From: Flavobacteriales bacterium | Lineage (GTDB): Bacteria; Bacteroidota; Bacteroidia; Flavobacteriales_D; Sanyastnellaceae | DNA length: 64,000 bases | NCBI GenBank assembly: GCA_002863125.1 | Contig: PKEB01000014.1 | Location: 78,386 to 142,385 of the forward strand | Direction: 5' to 3' | Shown: one piece after another, positions 52,992-60,477 of the stretch | Layout: every line of letters begins with the position of its first letter | Numbering within the stretch: position 1 is the stretch's first letter | Made by a program: the position numbers and the translations under genes | The notes under the pieces: generated by a model | What the model saw: the letters and a program-made list of their open reading frames with translations, nothing else | What the model was told of the DNA's origin: nothing | Databases searched by the model: none

Positions 52992-53719
52992 GCCGATACG
53001 GCGCATGGATTGGAGGTGCCATCGGTTGGGCTTTAGGTGGCCCCATCGGTGGCATCTTGGGTTATACGTTTGGCAAGATGTTCTCGGACAGCAGCCTGTC
53101 CGTAGAAGGCACGCCTCGCGCCGCACGTTCCCATACACGTCCGGGTGATTTCAGCTTAGCGCTGCTAGTATTGAGTGCAGCCGTCATGAAGGCGGACAAT
53201 CGGATACTGAAGTCTGAACTCGATTTCGTCAAGGACTTCCTGAGAAAAAACTTCGGCGCACGGCAAGCGGATCAGTTGACCTTGATGCTCCGTGACGTTC
53301 TGAAGCAACCCATCAATACCCGGGAGGTAGCAGACCAAATCCGACGGCACATGGACGTCGCCAAGCGGCGGCTCCTCATCCAATACCTCTACGGAATTGC
53401 CAAGTCGGACGGCCAAATTCACACGAATGAAATCACCATCATCCGCCAGATTGCCGGGTGGATGGCCATATCAGCAGCCGACCTCGCGAGCATTGAGGAG
53501 CTCTTCAACGCAGGTTCACCTGACCCCTACAAAGTGCTGGAAATCAATCCATCGGCTACCGATTCCGAGGTAAAAAAAGCCTACAGAAAACTCGCTGTGA
53601 AATTCCATCCGGACAAGGTGTTGGATTTGGGTGAAGCACACAAAAAGCAAGCCCGCGAGCGTTTTGATGCCATTCAGGCAGCTTACGAACAAATCAAATC
53701 GGACCGCGGTTTCAAGTAA
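52988..53719 (+). CDS. TerB-like plus J-domain membrane co-chaperone (DjlA-like)
   Basis: GTG start in a GTGA overlap with the htpG stop. Gly-zipper N-terminus (GGAIGWALGGPIGGILG), a TerB-like middle region, and a C-terminal J domain with HPD (YKVLEI...AYRKLAVKFHPDK). Confidence 0.8.
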   Translation: MSRYGAWIGGAIGWALGGPIGGILGYTFGKMFSDSSLSVEGTPRAARSHTRPGDFSLALLVLSAAVMKADNRILKSELDFVKDFLRKNFGARQADQLTLMLRDVLKQPINTREVADQIRRHMDVAKRRLLIQYLYGIAKSDGQIHTNEITIIRQIAGWMAISAADLASIEELFNAGSPDPYKVLEINPSATDSEVKKAYRKLAVKFHPDKVLDLGEAHKKQARERFDAIQAAYEQIKSDRGFK

Positions 53720-53776
53720 AAACAGCGGCACGTGCCCCTATCTTAGGGCTCAACCTGATTTTCACTTGATACCCCT

Positions 53777-56386
53777 ATGAGGAAATTTTCCATCTCGGCC
53801 ATCGCCCTGCTCTGCATGGGCCTGATGACTGCAACCCTCGCCACTGAGGCCCACGCCCAACGCGGCAAGAAATCCAAGAAAAAAGGCCGAACTGAGGCCC
53901 CCAAAGTACGCCCGGACAAAGACGCCATCAAGTCCATTGATGAGGTTGTCAAAAACTGTGCGACGTTGGACGGTCTTTTCACGCTTTACACCGACACGGT
54001 CAAAGGCAGCAGCTACCTCGCCATTCCGGACTCCATGATGGAGCGGGAGTTCATCTACTTCTCCCACGTTGACGACGGCGTTGCCGAGAGCGGGTACACG
54101 CGCGGAAGCTACCGGAACAGCAAGGTGATTTCTTTCCACAAGCACTTCGACCGCATCGAATTGCACGCTGAGAACACCAATTACTATTTCGACCAGGACT
54201 CGCCATTGGCCAAAGCCGCGGGTGCCAACGTCAACACGCCCATATTGGCGAGCTTGAAAATCGAAGGACAGGATTCCTCCAAAACCGTCCACCTTGTCTC
54301 GGGCGATGCGCTGTTTTTGAAAGAGGACGTTGAGATGATCAAGCGTCCCTCCCGTCGCCCAGGTGAGTCAGTATTGGGTAAGCTCTCACGCGAAAAGACG
54401 AAAATTCACCGCATCAACAACTACCCGGAGAACACCGAAGTCATTGTCGACTATGTGTACGACAATCCGGCACCGAAGACCGGAGGGGCAGCCCTCGAGG
54501 ATGCGCGCTTCATCACCGTGCGTTACCAGCACAGCCTGCTCAACATGCCGGAGGATGGATTCGCGCCACGCCCTGACGACGCGCGCGTTGGCTACTTCAC
54601 CACGCAGATGGAGCACATGACTTCAACCTCCTCAACGCCCTGGCGCGATTTGATCCACCGCTGGCGTTTGGAGAAAAAAGACCCTACCGCCGCCGTTTCC
54701 GAACCGGTGAAGCCCATCACCTGGTGGATTGAGAACACCACACCGTATGAGTTCCGTGAATACATCCAGACCGGAGTTGAAAAATGGAACCAAGCCTTCG
54801 AACCGCTTGGATTTTCCAACGCTGTGGTCGTGAAGGTACAGCCCGATTCGGCCGATTGGGATGCTGGTGACATCCGGTACAACGTTTTGCGCTGGACGTC
54901 TTCGCCCAGCCCCCGCTACAGCGGATACGGCCCCAGTTTTGTCAACCCGCGTAACGGTGAAATCCTCGGTGCAGACATCATGCTCGAATGGAGCGGAATG
55001 ACCGGGCGGCTGTGGCGTTCCGAGGTGTTCCAGAATGCCGGATTTGACAGCATGGATGAAGAGGACGCAGCCCCTGAAGGATCCCGGGTACGCTATGCAG
55101 AATGGATGCACCGCTGCGATGCTGGTGCGGTGCAGGCGCAGCAGACGCTGTTCGGTTTGGCCGCGTTGCGCGCTCGGTCGTTTGGCAGTGACGAGCAGGA
55201 AAAATTCACCCGTGAGACCCTGCATCGTTTGGTGCTGCACGAAGTTGGGCATACCCTCGGACTGAGCCACAACATGGCTGGTTCGACCATGCAAACGCCG
55301 GAAGCCCTAAAGGATGCCGACGCCGTTAACGCGAAGGGCATGTCGAACAGTGTCATGGATTATCCATCCATCAACTTCGCACGGAACAAAGAAGACCAGA
55401 CCAAATTCTTTGACGATGCCCCCGGTCCCTACGATAAATGGGTCATCGAATACGGCTACTCTGTTGGCCTTAACGACACCGAAGCGGAGGCCACTCGTTT
55501 GGAGGGCATCCTGCGGCGTTCGGTGGAGCCTGACCTGAAATTTGGCAACGACGCCGATGATATGCGACGTCCAGGCGGTGGTATGAATCCAGATGTCAAC
55601 ATTTACGACCTTTCCAGCGACCCCGTCGCCTATGCCAGTGAGCGCTGTGAACTCGTCAATGACCTGTTGCCCGAAATCCTTTCCGTATACGGCGGCGATA
55701 ACCAGAACAGCTTCCACGAAGTACGCCGCGCATACTTGACCTTGACGGGCGAGTACATCACCCAGCTTGGCGTCATGACGCGTCAAATAGGTGGAGTTCG
55801 CTACAACCGTGCACATCCTTCTCAGCAAACGGAAGCTCCACTTCAGCCGGTATCCGAAGCAGATCAGTTAGCGGCCATGAAAGCGCTGAAGAAATACGCT
55901 TTTGCGCCCAATGCATTCGAAGCAGCGGAGTCGGTATACGGTTACCTTCAGAGCCAACGGCGAGGCTTCGGATTCTTCGCTCAACCTGAGGACCCCAAGA
56001 TTCACTCCCGCATCGCGTCTGCACAACGCAACGTACTGAATCACCTGCTGCATCCTCGCGTTTTACAACGTATCACCGATGCCACGGAATATGGCAACAC
56101 CTACCGCCTGGATGAATATATGGAGGATTTGACCGACGCTATTTTTAATGCAGACCTGCGCAGCTCGGTCAACACAGTACGGCAGCAACTGCAAATCGAG
56201 TATGTCAAACGATTGATTACGGTTCTCGATCCCGAGAAGAAGTACGACACGGTAGCGCAAACAATGGCCCTAGCCACCTTGAAGCAAATTCAACGCGACC
56301 AACGCAACGCCTCCTCTCCCGATGGATTGACCCGGGCGCACCGCGGACACGTCCAATTTCTCATCGAAAAAGCATTGGAATCCTAA
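53777..56386 (+). CDS. secreted zinc-dependent metalloprotease (DUF5117-type met-zincin)
   Basis: 869 aa. Signal peptide followed by a lysine-rich stretch, and the HExxHxxGxxH zinc motif (HEVGHTLGLSHN). Confidence 0.85.
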   Translation: MRKFSISAIALLCMGLMTATLATEAHAQRGKKSKKKGRTEAPKVRPDKDAIKSIDEVVKNCATLDGLFTLYTDTVKGSSYLAIPDSMMEREFIYFSHVDDGVAESGYTRGSYRNSKVISFHKHFDRIELHAENTNYYFDQDSPLAKAAGANVNTPILASLKIEGQDSSKTVHLVSGDALFLKEDVEMIKRPSRRPGESVLGKLSREKTKIHRINNYPENTEVIVDYVYDNPAPKTGGAALEDARFITVRYQHSLLNMPEDGFAPRPDDARVGYFTTQMEHMTSTSSTPWRDLIHRWRLEKKDPTAAVSEPVKPITWWIENTTPYEFREYIQTGVEKWNQAFEPLGFSNAVVVKVQPDSADWDAGDIRYNVLRWTSSPSPRYSGYGPSFVNPRNGEILGADIMLEWSGMTGRLWRSEVFQNAGFDSMDEEDAAPEGSRVRYAEWMHRCDAGAVQAQQTLFGLAALRARSFGSDEQEKFTRETLHRLVLHEVGHTLGLSHNMAGSTMQTPEALKDADAVNAKGMSNSVMDYPSINFARNKEDQTKFFDDAPGPYDKWVIEYGYSVGLNDTEAEATRLEGILRRSVEPDLKFGNDADDMRRPGGGMNPDVNIYDLSSDPVAYASERCELVNDLLPEILSVYGGDNQNSFHEVRRAYLTLTGEYITQLGVMTRQIGGVRYNRAHPSQQTEAPLQPVSEADQLAAMKALKKYAFAPNAFEAAESVYGYLQSQRRGFGFFAQPEDPKIHSRIASAQRNVLNHLLHPRVLQRITDATEYGNTYRLDEYMEDLTDAIFNADLRSSVNTVRQQLQIEYVKRLITVLDPEKKYDTVAQTMALATLKQIQRDQRNASSPDGLTRAHRGHVQFLIEKALES

Positions 56387-56432
56387 ATCGGAACGCACGA
56401 CAACGCCTTGTTCAAAAGGTGTGAAGAAAATG

Positions 56433-56475
56433 GGCGGAGAACTCCTGAAGGGGTTTTCCGCCTCTCGTTTTGGGT
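56433..56475 (+). terminator. rho-independent terminator downstream of the metalloprotease gene
   Basis: 13-bp stem GGCGGAGAACTCC / GGGGTTTTCCGCC (56433-45 pairs with 56450-62) around loop TGAA, followed by TCTCGTTTTGGG. Two of the pairs are G:U only in the + strand RNA, so the hairpin is strand-specific. Confidence 0.7.
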
Positions 56476-56490
56476 TCTAAATTAGAAGCC

Positions 56491-56955
56491 ATGCATCCCA
56501 ATGACCGGCAATTCAAAGTGATGGGGGGACACGTCGACCACGACGTGTGCAGCTATATCGCCACGATGTGTTCGGAGCAGCACTTGGACATCCACGTGGG
56601 GTGCGACAGCCAGAACTACAAGCGGTACACGGTGTACGTGACCACAGTGGTCTTCCGGTACCCCGACAACGGAGCCCACGTCATCTACCGCCGAGAACGA
56701 GTCCCGAAAATCACCGATCTGTGGACCAAACTCTGGGGCGAAACCGAGCGTTCCGTTGCGCTGGCCAATTTGATCCTGGAAGAATGCGGCATTCGGGTGA
56801 AGCAAATTGATTTGGACTTCAATTCCGACCCCCAATACCCGTCCCAGAAGTTGATCAGCGCTTCAGCTGGCTACATCACTTCCCTCGGGTTTCAAGCCAA
56901 GGCCAAACCCAACCTCCTTATGGCAGCGTGGGCAGCGAATGTCCTTTGCCACTGA
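56491..56955 (+). CDS. RNase H-like YkuK (DUF458) family protein
   Basis: About 154 aa from the ATG at 56491; the TTG at 56470 lies inside the terminator tail. The pattern GCDSQNY...YVTTVVF...LWGETERSVALA...DLDFN...KP resembles DUF458 as I remember it. Confidence 0.5.
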   Translation: MHPNDRQFKVMGGHVDHDVCSYIATMCSEQHLDIHVGCDSQNYKRYTVYVTTVVFRYPDNGAHVIYRRERVPKITDLWTKLWGETERSVALANLILEECGIRVKQIDLDFNSDPQYPSQKLISASAGYITSLGFQAKAKPNLLMAAWAANVLCH

Positions 56956-56960
56956 GGCCG

Positions 56961-57416
56961 TCAGTGTGGGAAAATTCGATTGAGTTCAGCCTCACGAAAT
57001 TCGAAGATGCCGCGGACTTTTTTGTGCACGAATCCCCCTCCGATTTCGCCGAGGATGCCGAATGGCAGGGCGTAGTGAAGGGTGTCCTCCATCAGCACCC
57101 CGCCGTCCTTTTCGGTGAACCGGTGCACATGGTGCCAGAATTTGTAGGGTCCGAATCGCTGCTCATCAATAAAGTACTCGCCCTCCTCCGACTGGGTGAT
57201 TTCCGTGACCCAGCGCATGGGAATGTTGAGCAGCGGACGAATTTTGTAGGTGATGATTTGACCGGCAAAAGTGCGCTCGCCCGCCCCTGTTAGAATTTCG
57301 AACGACATGTCGGGCGGGGTAATCCGGTCTAGGTTTTCGGGGATGCTGAAAAAGTCCCACGCCTCTTGGATGCTCAAGGGCAACCACTGTTCCGTTTCCA
57401 ATCGGTGCAATTTCAT
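56961..57416 (-). CDS. SRPBCC-superfamily protein (COG4276-like)
   Basis: The ATG at 57416 gives MKLHRLETEQWLPLSIQEAWDFFSIPENLDRITPP..., which is the usual start of this family. The GTG at 57464 abuts a poly-U tract and is unlikely to be the start. Confidence 0.7.
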   Translation of the reverse strand: MKLHRLETEQWLPLSIQEAWDFFSIPENLDRITPPDMSFEILTGAGERTFAGQIITYKIRPLLNIPMRWVTEITQSEEGEYFIDEQRFGPYKFWHHVHRFTEKDGGVLMEDTLHYALPFGILGEIGGGFVHKKVRGIFEFREAELNRIFPH

Positions 57417-57464
57417 ACCTGCACAACTCAGCGCTTGCGCCAATTGTTCTTTTCCAAATGACAC

Positions 57465-57500
57465 AAAAAAAATGAAGCACCCGCCGTTGCAGATGCTTCA
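57465..57500 (-). terminator. strand-specific intrinsic terminator with no upstream gene on its strand
   Basis: Minus-strand RNA: UGAAGCAUCUGC-AACG-GCGGGUGCUUCA followed by U8. The stem is 12 bp (10 Watson-Crick pairs plus 2 G:U) with a tetraloop. On the + strand the G:U pairs become A:C mismatches and there is no T tract. Confidence 0.7.
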
Positions 57501-57547
57501 CTACGATTCACAACTAGGTCCTCCAAGAACTTAACGTTCCATGACCT
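57465..57547 (-). ncRNA. candidate small RNA or 5'-leader attenuator of about 80 nt (promoter to terminator)
   Basis: Bounded by the promoter at 57552-57582 and the terminator at 57465-57500. A second possible hairpin is AGGUC..GGAAC-GUUAA-GUUCU..GACCU (57547-57516). I recognise no Rfam family by eye. Confidence 0.3.
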
Positions 57548-57551
57548 TTTT

Positions 57552-57582
57552 CAAATATAGTTTTTATAACACCTAAAACAAA
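57552..57582 (-). promoter_or_regulatory. complete Bacteroidota-type promoter TTTG-N19-TATATTTG (minus strand)
   Basis: Plus-strand CAAATATA at 57552-59 is TATATTTG on the minus strand. Plus-strand CAAA at 57579-82 is TTTG on the minus strand, with 19 nt between them. This is the only promoter candidate in the window with both boxes. Confidence 0.5.
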
Positions 57583-57673
57583 GGCTTTGTATAAATATTA
57601 TATGTTTTAGTCGTGTTATATCAATGCAGAACGATGATTTCGGGCCACTCACCGGAATTTAACCCCCGTGAAA

Positions 57674-57681
57674 TACCTTTG
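57674..57681 (+). promoter_or_regulatory. candidate -7 box (TACCTTTG) immediately upstream of the LysM-operon ATG
   Basis: Perfect TAnnTTTG match, 4 nt before the ATG at 57686. No -33 box. Near-matches TAGTTTTT (57558-65) and TATGTTTT (57601-08) are alternatives. Confidence 0.25.
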
Positions 57682-57685
57682 GAAC

Positions 57686-58906
57686 ATGTCCTCCAAGGCA
57701 CCCAATTATCACGCTGGGCTCGTTCGCACAACCACAACTTTGATACTCCTGCTTTGGGTTATGGCGACCGAGTCACCCTTCGCACAATTGGGATTGGTGG
57801 AATGGCAAGAAACGTTTGACAGCCGTTGCGCCTTGGCGGATTTCCAAGCCTTCGAAGCGAACGTGACCATCCAAACGGGCCATATGCCCGGTCTGAAAAA
57901 TGCAGTTCCAGCGCTGGACGAATTGGAGGCCGCGCTGCAACCGTGGGGAGCTGACCGGGAGCAAGAAAACCGCTGCATGCAATTGCTTTTGGCTGATCAG
58001 GGGAAACGGCTGCTCCAGCTGAATGCCTTGTACGGCCTCCACAGCGCTGTCATCAATGAGGCGTGGATTTCGACCACCCTCCCCCCTTCATTTCAGTGGA
58101 TTCCGGCATTGACGACCGGCTGGAATCAATCGGCTCACACTAACGCCCCTCGCGCCGGACTCTGGTGGAATACGGAGGCTGACGCTGCAGAAAGCGAGGC
58201 AGCATTGAACGGCGCCATCGACGAACGTGGTGTTCCCGCTGCATCAACGCACCGGGCGATTGCGCAACTCGAAAAATTCCAACGGCGCTTTCCGAATGAT
58301 CCGCATCGGGTCCTCGTCGCATACATCAAAGGCATGGCGTTTGCTACCCGTTGGACAGGCCGCCCCGGCTACGATCGGCAACTGGATGAATGGCTCGCTC
58401 TCTACAAGGTCATCAGCCGCTTGATGGTCAACACCGAACTCCCAGACCACCAACTGGATTGGGTAGATGCCCTGAGCAACTGGGAACGGGTTGCATGCGA
58501 CGGGAAGCAATCAAGGATAAATTTGATCGAACAACAAGGCATGCCTGCTGATGTGCTTAGCCAATTTTTGCCTTGGTGGACCGGGAGCCAATTGCCATGT
58601 TCCACGCTTGATTCATACGAGGTTGCCTTGCCGCCGGCATACGCTTCCTTGTGGAAAAATGAACCCGTTGCGCAAGAGGTAGAAACGCCTGCGGCCACCC
58701 CTTCCGTCACATCTTTCACCGAAATTGATCCCGCGCCCTATGCCGCGGCGTACACGTGCCTACTGCACGAGGTCAAGGCCGGTGACACGCTTTGGAACAT
58801 ATCAAAAAGGTACCCCGGAACAACTCCTGAGTGGATTGCAGAAATCAATGAAATCACCGATTACATTCGCATTGGTGAAGTCCTCTGCATTCCGATTCAG
58901 CCATGA
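57686..58906 (+). CDS. secreted LysM protein with a degenerate (probably inactive) family-1 lytic-transglycosylase-like domain
   Basis: Signal-like N-terminus (LVRTTTTLILLLWVMATESPFAQ). The SLT-like region IPALTTGWNQSAHTNAPRAGLWW...IDERGVPAASTHRAIAQL...VLVAYIKG has the E-S, GLMQ and AYNxG positions altered. C-terminal LysM: HEVKAGDTLWNISKRY...IRIGEVLCIP. Confidence 0.7.
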   Translation: MSSKAPNYHAGLVRTTTTLILLLWVMATESPFAQLGLVEWQETFDSRCALADFQAFEANVTIQTGHMPGLKNAVPALDELEAALQPWGADREQENRCMQLLLADQGKRLLQLNALYGLHSAVINEAWISTTLPPSFQWIPALTTGWNQSAHTNAPRAGLWWNTEADAAESEAALNGAIDERGVPAASTHRAIAQLEKFQRRFPNDPHRVLVAYIKGMAFATRWTGRPGYDRQLDEWLALYKVISRLMVNTELPDHQLDWVDALSNWERVACDGKQSRINLIEQQGMPADVLSQFLPWWTGSQLPCSTLDSYEVALPPAYASLWKNEPVAQEVETPAATPSVTSFTEIDPAPYAAAYTCLLHEVKAGDTLWNISKRYPGTTPEWIAEINEITDYIRIGEVLCIPIQP

Positions 58907-60477
58907 ACCATAACGATCATCCCGTTCGAAAAACACTTGTGTTTTTTGTGGCGGTATGGACCGGAATATTCGCCTTTATGGCGCGACCGCATTCCCCAAG
59001 TGGACCGTTTTCGGATTGGCCGCGCTGGGGCGAAGCAGCTCCCTCAGAGGCAGGCATGTCTCCGGAAGAAGCCCAGCTCGTTCTTGACGCCTACACCCGT
59101 CCGGTCACCGACGGTGATTTCCTCGGTCCAACGACCGAATCACCAATCGTTGCCGTATACGACTCGGTCACAACCCAGCCGCCCCCAGCACCGTCTATCC
59201 CGCCTTCAGCCCGTACTGGTTCGGAAACAGAAATGGGCGGATACGACCGTGCCGCCATCCATTCTTTCCTGCACCAAAATCTGCAACTCGCAGGCAACGA
59301 CGAAGCCTTCCAAACCTTGGGGAATTTCTTCGCTGCCTTGAATGCACCGGCTCGGAAGCCTGCCATCCATGTCCTCCACTACGGCGACTCCCAAATCGAA
59401 GGCGACCGCATCACCGGCCACTTGCGCAATGCTTGGCAGTCCCTTTGGGGCGGAGGCGGCCCCGGTTTCCTCTCGCCGGTCTCCCCCATTCCGAGCCTTG
59501 CTATGCGGCAATCTTGGACCGGTGAATGGAAACGCTATGCGCGCTTTGGCAAACAAGACACCACCATACAGCACGACCGTTTCGGACTCATGGCGGCGTT
59601 TGCCCAGCCCGACTCTGCCCTTACGGACTCTACACGGGCAGCAGCGAGCCTGCGATTTGAACCCCATCCTCGGGGCTACCGGCGCAACCGCTCGTTCAAC
59701 CAACTGCATGTGGCGCTGGGGCAAGTGAGCGAGCCGACGACCCTGCAACTCACAATCAACGAGCGCGACACCGTCTCCATCGCACTCCAACCCGATAGCC
59801 TTGCCCAGAACGTGTCCTTACCGCTCGCCGCATTGGATTCAATGGCCTTTGAATCGTTGGAATTGCAATTTGACGGCAGTTACCCTGAAATCAACGGCAT
59901 CGGCATGTGGACCGATTCGGGCATCGTCGTCCACAACTTCGCCATGCGCGGAAGCTCGGGAACGGTGTTCCGCCAACTGGACCGCGATCAATTCACTCGG
60001 CAGCTCGGTGCCATTCGGACGGAGTTGGTAATGCTGCAATACGGCGGAAACACGGTTCCATACATCGAAGATGCCGAACGTGCAGAGCGTTACGGCCGGT
60101 GGTTCACATCTCAGATTCGCTTGTTCCAATCCCTGTTACCCGGTGTTCCTATCATCGTCATTGGACCGTCGGACATGGCGCGAAAAACGGGCACACGCAT
60201 GGAAACGTATCCGCAACTCTTGTGGGTCCGGGATGCATTGAAAACGGCGGCAATCAATAACAACGCCCTGTATTGGGACATGTTCGAGGTGATGGGCGGT
60301 GAAGGGAGCATGGCTGCATGGGTGCAATCGGATCCCCCGCTCGCCAGTTCAGACCACATTCACTTCACCCCAACTGGGGCCAAACAAATCGCAGAGCTGT
60401 TCCGCCAATCCATTCAAGCTGAGTGGACGTTGTGGCAAAACACGCAGGCTGAGCAATCGCTGGTTGATGCCCCTTAA
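58903..60477 (+). CDS. membrane-anchored SGNH/GDSL-family hydrolase or acyltransferase with an inserted domain
   Basis: N-terminal TM helix and a Pro-rich linker. Block I HYGDSQIEG (S163), block II region RGSSG (about residue 350), block III QYGGN (N383), block V SSDHIH (D484/H487). About 150 aa are inserted between blocks I and II. ATGA overlap with the upstream gene. Confidence 0.75.
   Translation: MNHNDHPVRKTLVFFVAVWTGIFAFMARPHSPSGPFSDWPRWGEAAPSEAGMSPEEAQLVLDAYTRPVTDGDFLGPTTESPIVAVYDSVTTQPPPAPSIPPSARTGSETEMGGYDRAAIHSFLHQNLQLAGNDEAFQTLGNFFAALNAPARKPAIHVLHYGDSQIEGDRITGHLRNAWQSLWGGGGPGFLSPVSPIPSLAMRQSWTGEWKRYARFGKQDTTIQHDRFGLMAAFAQPDSALTDSTRAAASLRFEPHPRGYRRNRSFNQLHVALGQVSEPTTLQLTINERDTVSIALQPDSLAQNVSLPLAALDSMAFESLELQFDGSYPEINGIGMWTDSGIVVHNFAMRGSSGTVFRQLDRDQFTRQLGAIRTELVMLQYGGNTVPYIEDAERAERYGRWFTSQIRLFQSLLPGVPIIVIGPSDMARKTGTRMETYPQLLWVRDALKTAAINNNALYWDMFEVMGGEGSMAAWVQSDPPLASSDHIHFTPTGAKQIAELFRQSIQAEWTLWQNTQAEQSLVDAP

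Noticed and set aside
53735-53749. Possible terminator hairpin CCCTA-TCT-TAGGG after the J-domain gene
   Set aside because: The stem is 5 bp with a 3-nt loop and no following T tract, so it is not a credible intrinsic terminator.
57166-57501. 111-aa minus-strand ORF starting at the GTG inside the terminator hairpin, and the mini-ORF AUG-GAA-CGU-UAA (57542-57531) in the putative leader
   Set aside because: The 111-aa ORF is out of frame with, and almost entirely overlaps, the well-supported SRPBCC gene, and it starts within a terminator stem. The 3-codon ORF is too short to evaluate and has no supporting context. It is noted only as a possible leader-peptide curiosity.
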